Of a stretch of 64,000 nt of DNA, positions 1 to 9,336 are shown piece by piece. How positions within the stretch are numbered: position 1 is the first letter of the stretch; each line of letters opens with the position of its first letter. Source of the stretch: an uncultured Candidatus Saccharibacteria bacterium (GTDB lineage Bacteria > Patescibacteriota > Minisyncoccia > Phycocordibacterales > Zambryskibacteraceae); assembly GCA_964446535.1 (NCBI GenBank), contig CAYUOR010000003.1:14871-78870 (forward strand), given 5' to 3'. The notes beneath the pieces were generated by a model, which saw only the letters and a list, made by a program, of their open reading frames with translations, made no database searches and was not told where the DNA came from. Both the position numbers and the translations under genes were made by a program.

Positions 1-2457
1 TCCGCCGGCAGAGCCGGCGTCGGGACCGATATCAAGAATGTGGTCTGCGGATTTTATAAAGTCTAGATTGTGTTCAATGACAAGAACTGTGTTGCCCTTG
101 TCTACGAGTTTCTGAAGAATTTCTATTAGCTTCTTGACATCTTCGTAGTGAAGGCCTATGGTCGGCTCGTCTAAAAGATAAATTGTTTTCTCCAGATGAG
201 GTCGGTAAAGCTCGGAAGCAATTTTTACCCTCTGTGCCTCTCCTCCCGAAAGAGTCGTCGCCGACTGCCCGAGAGCAAGATAACCGAGCCCCACATCGTT
301 GAGACACTTAAGCCGATCGTAAATTGCCGGAATGTCTTCAAAGAATGTGAGAGCCTCCTCTATCGTCATCTCGAGAATATCGTAAATATTCTTCTTCTTA
401 TACTTTACTTCCAAAGTCTCTTTCATAAAGCGTCGACCTGAACAGACATCACAGAGAACATATACCGTCGGCAAGAAGTGCATTTCCACTTCTATCATGC
501 CGTTACCTTGGCAAGTCTCACACCTTCCGCCTTTAACGTTGAAAGAGAATCGGTTGGCTTTCCAACCTCGGGCCCTTGCTTCGGTGGTTTCGGCAAAAAG
601 CTCTCGGATAAAGGTGAAAGCGCCCGTGTAGGTCGCCGGGTTTGACCTGGGGGTTCTTCCTATTGGTGACTGATCTATAAGAATCGAGCGGCCAAGATAT
701 TCGGAGCCGGTGAAAGACTGGCAGTTGTGAACTGCCGCGCTTCGGTAGCGACGATCGAGGCGCGCCTGTAAGTTTTTATTCAAGATTTCATAAACGAAAG
801 ACGATTTGCCAGAGCCCGAGACACCCGTGACCGCGATAAGCCGTCCCAGAGGTATATCTACGTTAAGGTGTTTAATATTGAAAATTTTCCCAGCTCGAAT
901 ACTAATTTTCCCCCGCTCTGATTCACGGCGGTTTTTGGGCGTCTCAATTTTTTTCTCGCCACGAAGATATGCAAGCGTAAGGGACTTACTCTTATTTTCC
1001 TTGGCAAGAAGTAGTTCTTGGAGATCGCCCGAGACCACAACCCTTCCACCATGCACCCCCGCTCCGGGGCCAATATCTACAAGGTAGTCGGACGAGAAAA
1101 TAGTTTCCTCGTCGTGCTCAACAACAATGATGGTGTTGCCGAGGTCGCGCAGATTAAGAAGGGTTTTTATCAAACGGGCGTTGTCTCGGGCGTGAAGTCC
1201 GATAGTCGGCTCGTCGAGAACATAGAGGGCGCCGACAAGACCCGAGCCGAGCTGGCTCGCCAAGCGGATTCTCTGCGCCTCTCCGCCCGAGAGGGTGTGT
1301 GCCCTGCGGTCTAGGGTTAGATACTCAATGCCTATATCGAGCATGAAAGAAAGTCTGGTTTCAATTTCTTTCGTCACAACTTTTGAAACATTTTTTTCTC
1401 GTATTGTTAGTTTCAGTTTCTTAAAAAACTCGTCAGCGTCTTTTATAGATAAGGCGACAACTTCCACGATATTTTTGCCGCCAACCAGAACGCTTAGCGC
1501 TTCTTTTCTCAAACGAGCACCCAGGCAGGACGGACATGGTTCCTCACCGAAAAGATACTTCGTGCCCAGGCCGTTACACTCGGAGCAGGCGCCGTAAGGC
1601 GAGTTGAAAGAAAAGAGGCGTGGTTCTATCTCCGGAAATGAAAAACCGTCTTTAGGGCAAGCCCACTTCGCCGACATTAAAAAATCTTCACTGCCAAAGC
1701 GGGCGACTAGAAGACCTTCGGACTCGTGAATCGCTTTTTCTATCGCTTCGCTAAGCCTTTCGTCGGCATTTTTGCTGTTGGTTTTAAATTCGGAAAGTTC
1801 TATAGAGTCAATAAGAACAGAAATCTCGTGTTTCTGTGTCTTTGTTAAAACGACCCTTTCGCGGAGCAGATGCCTTTTGCCGTCGATGAGAACCTCGCTG
1901 TAACCCTTGCCGAGAAGATCATAGAGAAGTTGGTAATACTCCCCTTTTCTGCCGCGGACAATGGGCGAGAAGATCTCAATTTTGGCCTTTGGATTTTTTT
2001 GGTGTTCCGTCACTTTTTCCATCACGAAATTTTTTATCTCTTCGTTTGAAAGTTTTTTGATTTCAGAACCGCAAACGAGGCAGTGCGGCCTACCAATTCT
2101 TGCAAAAAGAATACGGAGATAGTCGTAAATTTCCGTGACCGTCGCTACGGTTGAGCGCGGATTATTCGAGCGGGATTTCTGGTCTATGGAAATAGCTGGT
2201 GAGAGTCCGACGATTTCATCCACATCGGGCTTCTGCATTTGACGCAAAAATTGGCGAGCGTAGCTTGAAAGAGATTCAACATAGCGCCGCTGCCCTTCGG
2301 CGAAGATGGTATCAAAGGCAAGCGAGGACTTACCCGAACCAGAAAGGCCGGTGAAGACCACCATCTTGTTCCTGGGCATTTCTAGAGTAACGTTTTTGAG
2401 ATTGTGCGTTCTCGCACCCTTTACTATAATTTTTCCTTCAGTACTTTTATCTTTCAT
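1..2457 (-). CDS. uvrA: Excinuclease ABC subunit A (3' end runs off the window)
   Basis: Absent from the ORF track because no stop falls in the window. Manual translation from ATG 2457 gives [52 protein letters not shown]; the end reads [28 protein letters not shown]. Confidence 0.97.
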   Translation of the reverse strand, partial: MKDKSTEGKIIVKGARTHNLKNVTLEMPRNKMVVFTGLSGSGKSSLAFDTIFAEGQRRYVESLSSYARQFLRQMQKPDVDEIVGLSPAISIDQKSRSNNPRSTVATVTEIYDYLRILFARIGRPHCLVCGSEIKKLSNEEIKNFVMEKVTEHQKNPKAKIEIFSPIVRGRKGEYYQLLYDLLGKGYSEVLIDGKRHLLRERVVLTKTQKHEISVLIDSIELSEFKTNSKNADERLSEAIEKAIHESEGLLVARFGSEDFLMSAKWACPKDGFSFPEIEPRLFSFNSPYGACSECNGLGTKYLFGEEPCPSCLGARLRKEALSVLVGGKNIVEVVALSIKDADEFFKKLKLTIREKNVSKVVTKEIETRLSFMLDIGIEYLTLDRRAHTLSGGEAQRIRLASQLGSGLVGALYVLDEPTIGLHARDNARLIKTLLNLRDLGNTIIVVEHDEETIFSSDYLVDIGPGAGVHGGRVVVSGDLQELLLAKENKSKSLTLAYLRGEKKIETPKNRRESERGKISIRAGKIFNIKHLNVDIPLGRLIAVTGVSGSGKSSFVYEILNKNLQARLDRRYRSAAVHNCQSFTGSEYLGRSILIDQSPIGRTPRSNPATYTGAFTFIRELFAETTEARARGWKANRFSFNVKGGRCETCQGNGMIEVEMHFLPTVYVLCDVCSGRRFMKETLEVKYKKKNIYDILEMTIEEALTFFEDIPAIYDRLKCLNDVGLGYLALGQSATTLSGGEAQRVKIASELYRPHLEKTIYLLDEPTIGLHYEDVKKLIEILQKLVDKGNTVLVIEHNLDFIKSADHILDIGPDAGSAGG

Positions 2458-2528
2458 ACGTATTTATCCCCCAAGGCTTGCACCTAGGGGGTAAGTGGAA
2501 GAAGTATAGCAAAGACGAAAAAGAAAAA

Positions 2529-4541
2529 CTATTTTAACTTCGATTCCAGGGCCCTGATTTCGTCGCGCAGTATTGCCGCCGTCTCGAAGTCAAGGTCGCG
2601 AACGGCTTCTTCCATCTCTTTTTTCTTTTCCTTGATGAGTTTCTTGGGGCTTTTGGCGAAAAGTCCTTTGTCTGCCTCTAGAAGAAGGTCGACTGCCGAG
2701 CGATGTTCGCGCTCAAGAGTGTCGGTGATGTCTTTAATTTTTTTAATAATCGTTTTCGGAGTGATGCCGTGCTTCTTGTTATACGCTCTTTGAAGCGTCC
2801 TGCGACGCGCCGTCTCGTCAATTGCCCGCTTCATTGAGCCGGTAACAGAGTCCGCGTATAAAATTACCTTGCCTTCCACGTTTCGAGCCGCTCGACCGAT
2901 AATCTGTATGAGAGAAGTTTCGGAGCGTAAGAATCCTTCTTTGTCGGCATCGAGAATGCCAATCAAAGTTACTTCGGGTAGATCCAATCCTTCCCGAAGC
3001 AGGTTGACCCCAACGAGACAATCAAACTCCGCTCGGCGAAACTTCGTGAGAATCTCAATACGCTCGATGGTCTTTATTTCGCTGTGTAAATACTCGGCTT
3101 TTACGCCTTTCTCTTTCAGAAATTCGGAGAGGTCTTCCGCCATCTTCTTGGTTAGAGTTGTAGCTATGACTCTGCCACCCTTCTTAATGGCCTGCTCCGC
3201 TTCGTTTATAAAGTCGTAAATTTGTCCCTTGTATTCTCTCCTCTCCTGTACCGGACGAACGGAAATTTCCGGATCAACAAGACCCGTCGGGCGAATAACC
3301 TGCTCGACAACTTTAGAACTTTTTTCCCGTTCAAAGTCGGCGGGAGTAGCGCTCGTAAAAATCACCTGCCCGACGCGCTCCTCGAATTCCGGAAACTTTA
3401 AAGGTCGGTTGTCGCGGGCGCTGGGCAGACGAAAGCCGTGTTCAACAAGAGTGTCCTTGCGGGACTTGTCACCGAAATACATTCCACCAATCTGCGGAAT
3501 CGTTACGTGCGACTCATCAATAATCGTCAGGAAATCCGGTTTGCCGTCTTTCGTTTTCGGAAAATAATCTAGCAGCGTATATGGCGGCTCGCCCGCGAGT
3601 TTACCCGAGAAGTGGCGCGAATAGTTTTCAATGCCATTCGTGTAACCCACTTCACGAATAAGTGCTAGGTCATAATTTGTTCTCCTTTTCAGGCGCTCCG
3701 CTTCAAGAATTTTTCCTTCTTTTTTAAGAATCTTGAGCTGTTCCTCTAACTCTTTCTTAATACTCGTGAGGGCGCGCTTCTGTGCCTCGTCGGCGGTGAT
3801 GAAGTGCTTGGCGGGAAAAAGGAAAAAAACTTTCGGCTCCGACATAATCGAGCGCGAAACCGGGTCAATTTTTTGTATTCTCGTGATTTTGTCTTTCTCC
3901 AGTTCTATGCGGTAGAGTGAGCGCTCGGAGACCGGCATTATCTCTATCGTATTGCCGAGAGCGCGGAAGTCGCCCGGTTTTAAGTCCGAATTGGTGCGTG
4001 CGTAATGAATATCGATGAGTTTTCTGATGAAATCGGCCCTGGAGATTTTATCTCCTTTCTCGATTTTAAGATTTACTTTTTCGTACTCTTCTGGGTCACC
4101 TAGGCCGTAAATACAAGAAACGGAAGCAACTATTATCACATCCCTTCTTGTCAGGAGCGCCTGTGTTGAAGCGTGGCGTAGGCGTTCTATCTCTTCGTTT
4201 ATCATCGCCTCTTTTTCTATATAGGTATCGGTCACCGGCAGGTACGCCTCGGGCTGGTAGAAGTCGTAGTAGGAGACAAAGTAGTGCACCGCGTTCTCTG
4301 GGAAAAATTCTCGATACTCCTGTGCTAATTGTGCCGCTAAAGTTTTGTTGTGGGCGATAACAAGTGTCGGTTTCCCTATTTTTTCTATGACATTGGCTGC
4401 TGTAAAGGTCTTACCAGAACCAGTAACACCTAAAAGGGTTTGATATCTTAAACCTTTCTTTATACCCTCGGTCAGTTCTTTTATCGCCTTCGGCTGATCA
4501 CCGGCCGGTTCGAATTCATGATTCAATTTAAAAACGCTCAT
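2529..4541 (-). CDS. uvrB: Excinuclease ABC subunit B
   Basis: GVTGSGKT Walker A, YYDFYQPEAY beta-hairpin, DESH, C-terminal UVR motif. Confidence 0.98.
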   Translation of the reverse strand: MSVFKLNHEFEPAGDQPKAIKELTEGIKKGLRYQTLLGVTGSGKTFTAANVIEKIGKPTLVIAHNKTLAAQLAQEYREFFPENAVHYFVSYYDFYQPEAYLPVTDTYIEKEAMINEEIERLRHASTQALLTRRDVIIVASVSCIYGLGDPEEYEKVNLKIEKGDKISRADFIRKLIDIHYARTNSDLKPGDFRALGNTIEIMPVSERSLYRIELEKDKITRIQKIDPVSRSIMSEPKVFFLFPAKHFITADEAQKRALTSIKKELEEQLKILKKEGKILEAERLKRRTNYDLALIREVGYTNGIENYSRHFSGKLAGEPPYTLLDYFPKTKDGKPDFLTIIDESHVTIPQIGGMYFGDKSRKDTLVEHGFRLPSARDNRPLKFPEFEERVGQVIFTSATPADFEREKSSKVVEQVIRPTGLVDPEISVRPVQERREYKGQIYDFINEAEQAIKKGGRVIATTLTKKMAEDLSEFLKEKGVKAEYLHSEIKTIERIEILTKFRRAEFDCLVGVNLLREGLDLPEVTLIGILDADKEGFLRSETSLIQIIGRAARNVEGKVILYADSVTGSMKRAIDETARRRTLQRAYNKKHGITPKTIIKKIKDITDTLEREHRSAVDLLLEADKGLFAKSPKKLIKEKKKEMEEAVRDLDFETAAILRDEIRALESKLK

Positions 4542-4575
4542 TAGAGAGTAAATATATCAGGGTCGGAGAAAAGAA

Positions 4576-4610
4576 AAAACCCGTCCCGACATGGCGTCGG
4601 GGCGGGTTTT
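4576..4610 (-). terminator. Intrinsic terminator of the orphan gene 4627-4956
   Basis: AAAACCCGTCCCGAC-loop-GTCGGGGCGGGTTTT, with a T tract on the minus strand. Confidence 0.8.
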
Positions 4611-4626
4611 AAGGAGTGAGTGCTTG

Positions 4627-4956
4627 CTAGGCAGTAGCACCCATTGCGGATGCGGGCAGAGGATTGATCTCCTCGAGGGTCTGCCTCCTTTCGTGGAGTC
4701 CGCTTGCGAGCTCTCCAGACCGAGAGTAAAAGCCACCCTTGCGCCTGGCCGCTTCACGTTCTGCTTCCACGAGTGCGTAGAAATCAGCGATCGGCATCAC
4801 CTCGGTACCGTTGCCGGTACAGACGTATTCCCGACGTTTTGCTGTCTGATCGTCGGTGTCCGAGACCCAGACGATCTTGCCCTTGGTGAACTCGTCCCAG
4901 GGAACGATTTCGTTTCCACGCGGCCTCTTGGGATTCTTCTTGCGATAGATGAGCAT
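4627..4956 (-). CDS. Hypothetical protein (orphan cassette)
   Basis: 109 aa ORF with AAAGGAG SD, boxA-like motifs upstream and a terminator downstream. Confidence 0.7.
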   Translation of the reverse strand: MLIYRKKNPKRPRGNEIVPWDEFTKGKIVWVSDTDDQTAKRREYVCTGNGTEVMPIADFYALVEAEREAARRKGGFYSRSGELASGLHERRQTLEEINPLPASAMGATA

Positions 4957-5037
4957 ACCCTGACTTCTCCTTTGTTATGAAAAGAACTTAAAAGAGCCGA
5001 AAGCGATATGCTAACACGGGAAATAAAATTCGCAAGG

Positions 5038-5055
5038 CCTGCCCGCGCAGGCGGG
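5038..5055. repeat. 18-bp palindromic element, intergenic copy
   Basis: CCTGCCCGCGCAGGCGGG; 2 mismatches to the copy at 7918. Confidence 0.75.
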
Positions 5056-5060
5056 GAAAA

Positions 5061-6266
5061 CTAGGCTTTATACTTAGTCAAAAATTCTTTCTTGAATTTG
5101 TCAAAGGTGTTTTCGATAATTGACTCTCTAATCTTTTTCACAAGGTTCACTATAAAGTAAAGATTGTGTATTGAGCCGAGTGTTCCGCCAAGAATTTCAT
5201 GCGCGCGATAGAGGTGGCAGAGATAGCCCCTGGAATAGTTTTTACAAGTATAACAGCCACAACTTTCTTCAACGGGCTTCTGGTCATCGCGGAATTCAGC
5301 GTTTCTTATATTCATTTTTCCATTTTTTGTATAGAGCGTTCCACCCCTGCCGTTTCTCGTCGGTGCGACACAATCAAATAAATCCACCCCATTTTCAATC
5401 CCCATAAACAGGTCTTCCGGCTCACCTATGCCTAAGAGATGCTTCGGTTTTTCTTTCGGTAGAATCTCGTTTACCCACCTGACCGCGGTTGCCATATCTT
5501 CTTTATTGAACGAGCCGCCGATGCCAAAGCCGTCGAAATCTAAGTTTCCAATAAATTCTGCCGATTCTTTACGCAATGATTCTTCCCGACCACCTTGGAC
5601 AATGCCGAAGAGGGCTTGCTCACCATTGTTGTGTGCCCTGTGATATTCAAGAGAGCGCTTAGCCCATCTGTGGGTTCTCGCCATAGCTTCTTTCTGATAT
5701 TCAAAAGATTCTTGAGGGGAAGTACATTCATCAAAGGCAAAAATTATGTCGGCGCCGAGGTTGTGTTGAATCTCCATAGACTTCTCGGGAGTAATGTGAT
5801 GAAGCGAGCCGTCGAGGTGCGATTTAAAAGTGACACCGTCTTCTGTAACCTCTGCTAGTCGGCCAAAAGAATTTTCATCGGCGTCGCCTGCCTGCGCAGA
5901 CAGGGAGCCCTTTTGATTTTTCTCTGACGCGACCTTAGATACGCTCTTCCCAAACGCGCGACCGAGAGAAAAAGCTTGAAAACCGCCCGAGTCGGTCATG
6001 ATGGGTCCCTGCCAATTCATAAACCTGTGTAACCCGCCGAAACTTTTTAGACGTTCGGCACCGGGTTCTAGATAAAGGTGATAAGTGTTTGCTAAAACTA
6101 CCTGGGCCCCCAAGTCTTTAACCTGCTCAGTGGTAAGCGCTTTAACAGACGCTTTTGTGCCAACAGCAACAAAAGCGGGGGTTTCAATTTTCCCATGCGG
6201 TGTTTCCAGCACCCCCGCTCTCATCAAACCAATTTCAGAAAGTATAGAAAACTTTATTGAACTCAT
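5061..6266 (-). CDS. tgt: Queuine tRNA-ribosyltransferase
   Basis: LANTYHL, TDSGGFQ, FDEC, GIVQGG, HLLG, CGCYTC zinc site. Confidence 0.97.
   Translation of the reverse strand: MSSIKFSILSEIGLMRAGVLETPHGKIETPAFVAVGTKASVKALTTEQVKDLGAQVVLANTYHLYLEPGAERLKSFGGLHRFMNWQGPIMTDSGGFQAFSLGRAFGKSVSKVASEKNQKGSLSAQAGDADENSFGRLAEVTEDGVTFKSHLDGSLHHITPEKSMEIQHNLGADIIFAFDECTSPQESFEYQKEAMARTHRWAKRSLEYHRAHNNGEQALFGIVQGGREESLRKESAEFIGNLDFDGFGIGGSFNKEDMATAVRWVNEILPKEKPKHLLGIGEPEDLFMGIENGVDLFDCVAPTRNGRGGTLYTKNGKMNIRNAEFRDDQKPVEESCGCYTCKNYSRGYLCHLYRAHEILGGTLGSIHNLYFIVNLVKKIRESIIENTFDKFKKEFLTKYKA
5887..5904. repeat. 18-bp palindromic element, in frame within tgt (LSAQAG)
   Basis: CCTGCCTGCGCAGACAGG; 1 mismatch to the copy at 7918. 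Confidence 0.8.
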
Positions 6267-6294
6267 TGGAACTACATTAACATTTTTACAAAAT

Positions 6295-6530
6295 TAAAGG
6301 GCCCGAGAAGTTTCCTCCTCGGGCCCGGTTTCCTGGGTTGCTGATTTGGTGCTTGGTTTAGTTTTGGGAGCTTTTGGGCCCGGCGAGCCGGAACCTCTTC
6401 ATGGTTCACCACCATCGGTGCCGTATCTCGGCTTGAATGACGCTTGGTGAGATGTCGTCGCCGGCTGTTGGTTTTACACGTTCAGGTTGGTGTACTTGAT
6501 GAGAATTCCCTCCTGAAAGAACATTACCGA
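6295..6530 (-). ncRNA. Candidate structured RNA or leader of unknown family
   Basis: Bounded by a TTGACA-17-TATATT promoter and a terminator; nested stems; no ORF of convincing length. Confidence 0.35.
6299..6326 (-). terminator. Hairpin terminator upstream of tgt
   Basis: GGGCCCGAGGAG-GAAA-CTTCTCGGGCCC followed by TTTAATTTT on the minus strand. Confidence 0.75.
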
Positions 6531-6533
6531 TTA

Positions 6534-6562
6534 AATATAGCAAACTCTTATCTATCTGTCAA
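6534..6562 (-). promoter_or_regulatory. Sigma70-type promoter
   Basis: TTGACA-N17-TATATT on the minus strand. Confidence 0.65.
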
Positions 6563-6592
6563 GTAAGGGACCTCGCGTAGTCAAAATATGGC

Positions 6593-7594
6593 TTAACGCT
6601 TGGCTATTATAGAGTTTTTATAAGTATTAAGATGCTCTAGAGCGATACCGGTACCCTTGGCAACACAAAAATATGCCTCATCGGCAAGGGAGGCCTTCAC
6701 ACCCGTTCTGCGAAACATAAGTTCGGGAAAATTTCTAAGCTGCGACGAACCGCCGGTCATAATTATCCCTCTGTCTATAATATCGGAAGAAAGTTCGGGG
6801 GGTGTTTCCTGTAAGACATCGCGCACGGCCTTCACCATCTCGCGAAGTTCTTTGGAAATCGCCTTGACCACATCATTGGTCTTTAGCTCAATCGTTCTAG
6901 GCAAGCCGACGACAAAATCTCTGCCCTTAACCGTCATCACGAGTTCTTCATTCAGAGGCACGGCCGAGCCGATACCGATTTTTATATCCTCCGCGGTTTT
7001 GTCACCAATAACGAGGTTAAAATTTTTCTTCACATAGTCGGCGATAGCCGTATCCATTTTGTTACCAGCAACCTTAACGGATGTAGAAGCGACAATACCA
7101 CCCAAAGAGATCACCGCGACGTCCGTCGTACCTCCGCCGATATCCACTATCATATGTCCTGCTGCTTCTTGAATCGGGATACCCGCGCCGATAGCGGCAA
7201 GAATCGGTTCTTTGACGACATAAGCATTTTTGGCACCGGCTTTTATCGCCGCCTCAACTACGGCACGGCGCTCTGTAGAAGTGACGCCCGCGGGAACGGA
7301 GATTAATACATCGGGTTTAAAAATATTCCAGCGTCCAAGAGCTTTGTCTATGTAGTAGCGAAGCATGGCTTCGGTCACACGATAGTCGGCGATAACACCA
7401 TCTTTCATCGGGCGATACGCAATGATACTCTCCGGTGTTCGACCTATCATAGTTTTAGCCTCGACTCCTATTGCCAAGATCTTGTTATCTTCCGAGACGG
7501 CCACAACGGATGGCTCGTTTAAAACTATGCCCTTGCCGGGGACGAAGACCAAGATATTGGTGGTGCCGAGATCTATGCCGAGCTTTTTTGTCAT
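6593..7594 (-). CDS. mreB: Rod shape-determining protein MreB/Mbl
   Basis: GIDLGTTN, EPSVVA, PMKDGVIAD, DIGGGTTD. Confidence 0.96.
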   Translation of the reverse strand: MTKKLGIDLGTTNILVFVPGKGIVLNEPSVVAVSEDNKILAIGVEAKTMIGRTPESIIAYRPMKDGVIADYRVTEAMLRYYIDKALGRWNIFKPDVLISVPAGVTSTERRAVVEAAIKAGAKNAYVVKEPILAAIGAGIPIQEAAGHMIVDIGGGTTDVAVISLGGIVASTSVKVAGNKMDTAIADYVKKNFNLVIGDKTAEDIKIGIGSAVPLNEELVMTVKGRDFVVGLPRTIELKTNDVVKAISKELREMVKAVRDVLQETPPELSSDIIDRGIIMTGGSSQLRNFPELMFRRTGVKASLADEAYFCVAKGTGIALEHLNTYKNSIIAKR

Positions 7595-7638
7595 AAAGGT
7601 TTCTAGGTAAGGCGTATGATACTATAATTTATAAACCA

Positions 7639-7905
7639 ATGAAATCTATCGGCGATAGTCTAGAAAAACGTGATTTTAAAAAGATTTTTAAGCATCCACG
7701 ACTGAAAATGCTTGATGAATTTCATCGTCGCATCAACGCAGAGCGTTTGGCAGAAGGTATGAGAACACTCCCTATGCGGGCTATCGGTGTCAAAACCGCC
7801 CACCTTTCTCTTGAGGATATGGCATACCTTCTAAAAAGGTGTTCACAGAGTTCAAATTTCTCCAAATGTTTTTTCGGCAGTTTGAAAGTAAAAAATGACA
7901 AATAA
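7639..7905 (+). CDS. Hypothetical protein
   Basis: 88 aa; TATAAT shortly before the ATG; overlaps the start of def-fmt. Confidence 0.7.
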   Translation: MKSIGDSLEKRDFKKIFKHPRLKMLDEFHRRINAERLAEGMRTLPMRAIGVKTAHLSLEDMAYLLKRCSQSSNFSKCFFGSLKVKNDK

Positions 7906-9199
7906 AAATAAGGAAAGCCTGCCTGCGCAGGCAGGTAAAATTCTAGACAAAGACGCGGCTGTTTTAAGAAAAGTTGCCAAAGAAATCCCGCCAAAGGAAA
8001 TTGGTCTCAAGAAAACCAAAGATATTATTGAACGCATGAGAAGAGCTCTTTACGGTGAAGAAGACGGTGTCGCGATAGCGGCGCCGCAAATCGGTGAGAG
8101 TTTGCGTGTGTTTATGGTGCGTGGTGATGTACTTCTCTTCGCCAAAGGTAAAAAGGTCCAGTCTAAAGAAAAACCTGATGATCTCGTTTTTATAAATCCG
8201 GAAATTATACATACTTCAAGAAAGAAGAAGCGAGTTGAAGAGGGTTGCCTTTCTGTCCGATGGCTTTATGGCAAAGTTCTAAGAAGTGAAAAAATGACTA
8301 TCGGCGCCTATAACGAAAAGGGTGTCTGGATTGAGCGTGGTGCCTCGGGTCTGTTAGCACAAATCTTTCAGCACGAAATAGACCACCTAAACGGAATCCT
8401 CTTTACCGACAAGGCAGAGGACCTGCGAGACATACCTCCGCCGAAAGTTTTGAAATTTGCATACTTCGGTAGCTCCGAATTTTCGCGCTTTGTCCTGGAA
8501 GAACTTGAAGAGATGGGCTACTCGCCCACTCTAAATATCACCTCCAGCAAAGAGCCGTTGCCGATAGAAAAACTTAAAGAGCTTCAGGCAGATATTTTTA
8601 TCGTTGCTTCGTTCGGCAAAATTCTCCCGAAAGAGATTATCGAGATACCGAAATTCGGAACCCTAAACGTTCACCCGTCGCTTCTGCCGAAACTCCGCGG
8701 AGCCTCCCCCATACAAGGAACAATTCTTTCCGAGAACGAGCCTGGGGTAACGATAATCAAGATGGACGAACACACGGATCACGGCCCGATTATCACGCGA
8801 GTAAAAGTTGAGATTAGTCCCTGGCCGGACCATTACGCCACTGTGGAAGAAAAGCTCGGGCGAGCGGGCGGTAGAGTCCTGGGACTTGTTCTGCCGAAGT
8901 GGATCGGCGGAGAGATTGAAGCTGCGGCCCAGGAGGATGAGAATGCAACCTTTACAAAATTAATAAAAAAAGAAGATGGCCACTTGAATCTATCCGACGA
9001 CCCGAAAGTGAATCTCAGAAAAGTGCTTGCTTACAGCAGTTGGCCTGGCGCATATATTTACTATAAAAATAAGTTCGGTAAAGAAATACGAGTGAATATA
9101 AAAGACGCAGAGATTAAGGACGGAAAGTTTGTTCCCACGCGCGTCGTGCCAGCCGGTAAAAAAGAAATGAGTTGGCAGGACTTCCTCCGTGGTAACTAA
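7895..9199 (+). CDS. def-fmt: Fused peptide deformylase / methionyl-tRNA formyltransferase
   Basis: N-half has GVAIAAPQIG, EGCLS, QHEIDHLNG; C-half has LNVHPSLLPKLRGASP, DHGPI; one uninterrupted ORF. Confidence 0.93.
   Translation: MTNKNKESLPAQAGKILDKDAAVLRKVAKEIPPKEIGLKKTKDIIERMRRALYGEEDGVAIAAPQIGESLRVFMVRGDVLLFAKGKKVQSKEKPDDLVFINPEIIHTSRKKKRVEEGCLSVRWLYGKVLRSEKMTIGAYNEKGVWIERGASGLLAQIFQHEIDHLNGILFTDKAEDLRDIPPPKVLKFAYFGSSEFSRFVLEELEEMGYSPTLNITSSKEPLPIEKLKELQADIFIVASFGKILPKEIIEIPKFGTLNVHPSLLPKLRGASPIQGTILSENEPGVTIIKMDEHTDHGPIITRVKVEISPWPDHYATVEEKLGRAGGRVLGLVLPKWIGGEIEAAAQEDENATFTKLIKKEDGHLNLSDDPKVNLRKVLAYSSWPGAYIYYKNKFGKEIRVNIKDAEIKDGKFVPTRVVPAGKKEMSWQDFLRGN
7918..7935. repeat. Perfect 18-bp palindrome, in frame within def-fmt (LPAQAG)
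   Basis: CCTGCCTGCGCAGGCAGG equals its own reverse complement. Confidence 0.85.
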
Positions 9200-9336
9200 T
9201 AACCGGTGTTAGAGAGTGTTATGGAAATTTCGGCTTCAAACTTTACAAGCCAAAGAAGAATGATAGCAGAGAGCATACCACCGGCAAGCACCGCGATAGA
9301 AACCCAGGGCGCGCTTTTCTGTCTTAAATAGTTCAT
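9196..9336 (-). CDS. Small single-pass membrane protein (46 aa)
   Basis: Manual translation MNYLRQKSAPWVSIAVLAGGMLSAIILLWLVKFEAEISITLSNTGY; ATGA overlap with the raiA stop. Confidence 0.6.
   Translation of the reverse strand: MNYLRQKSAPWVSIAVLAGGMLSAIILLWLVKFEAEISITLSNTGY

Noticed and set aside
74-2494. Short track ORFs over the first 2.5 kb
   Set aside because: They are shadows of uvrA, which the track missed because it has no stop in the window.
6355-6400. AGAGGTTCC..AAAACTAA upstream of tgt resembles a preQ1-I riboswitch
   Set aside because: The CCTCT strand needed for P1 is absent, so it was not called. The region is kept as an unknown RNA candidate.
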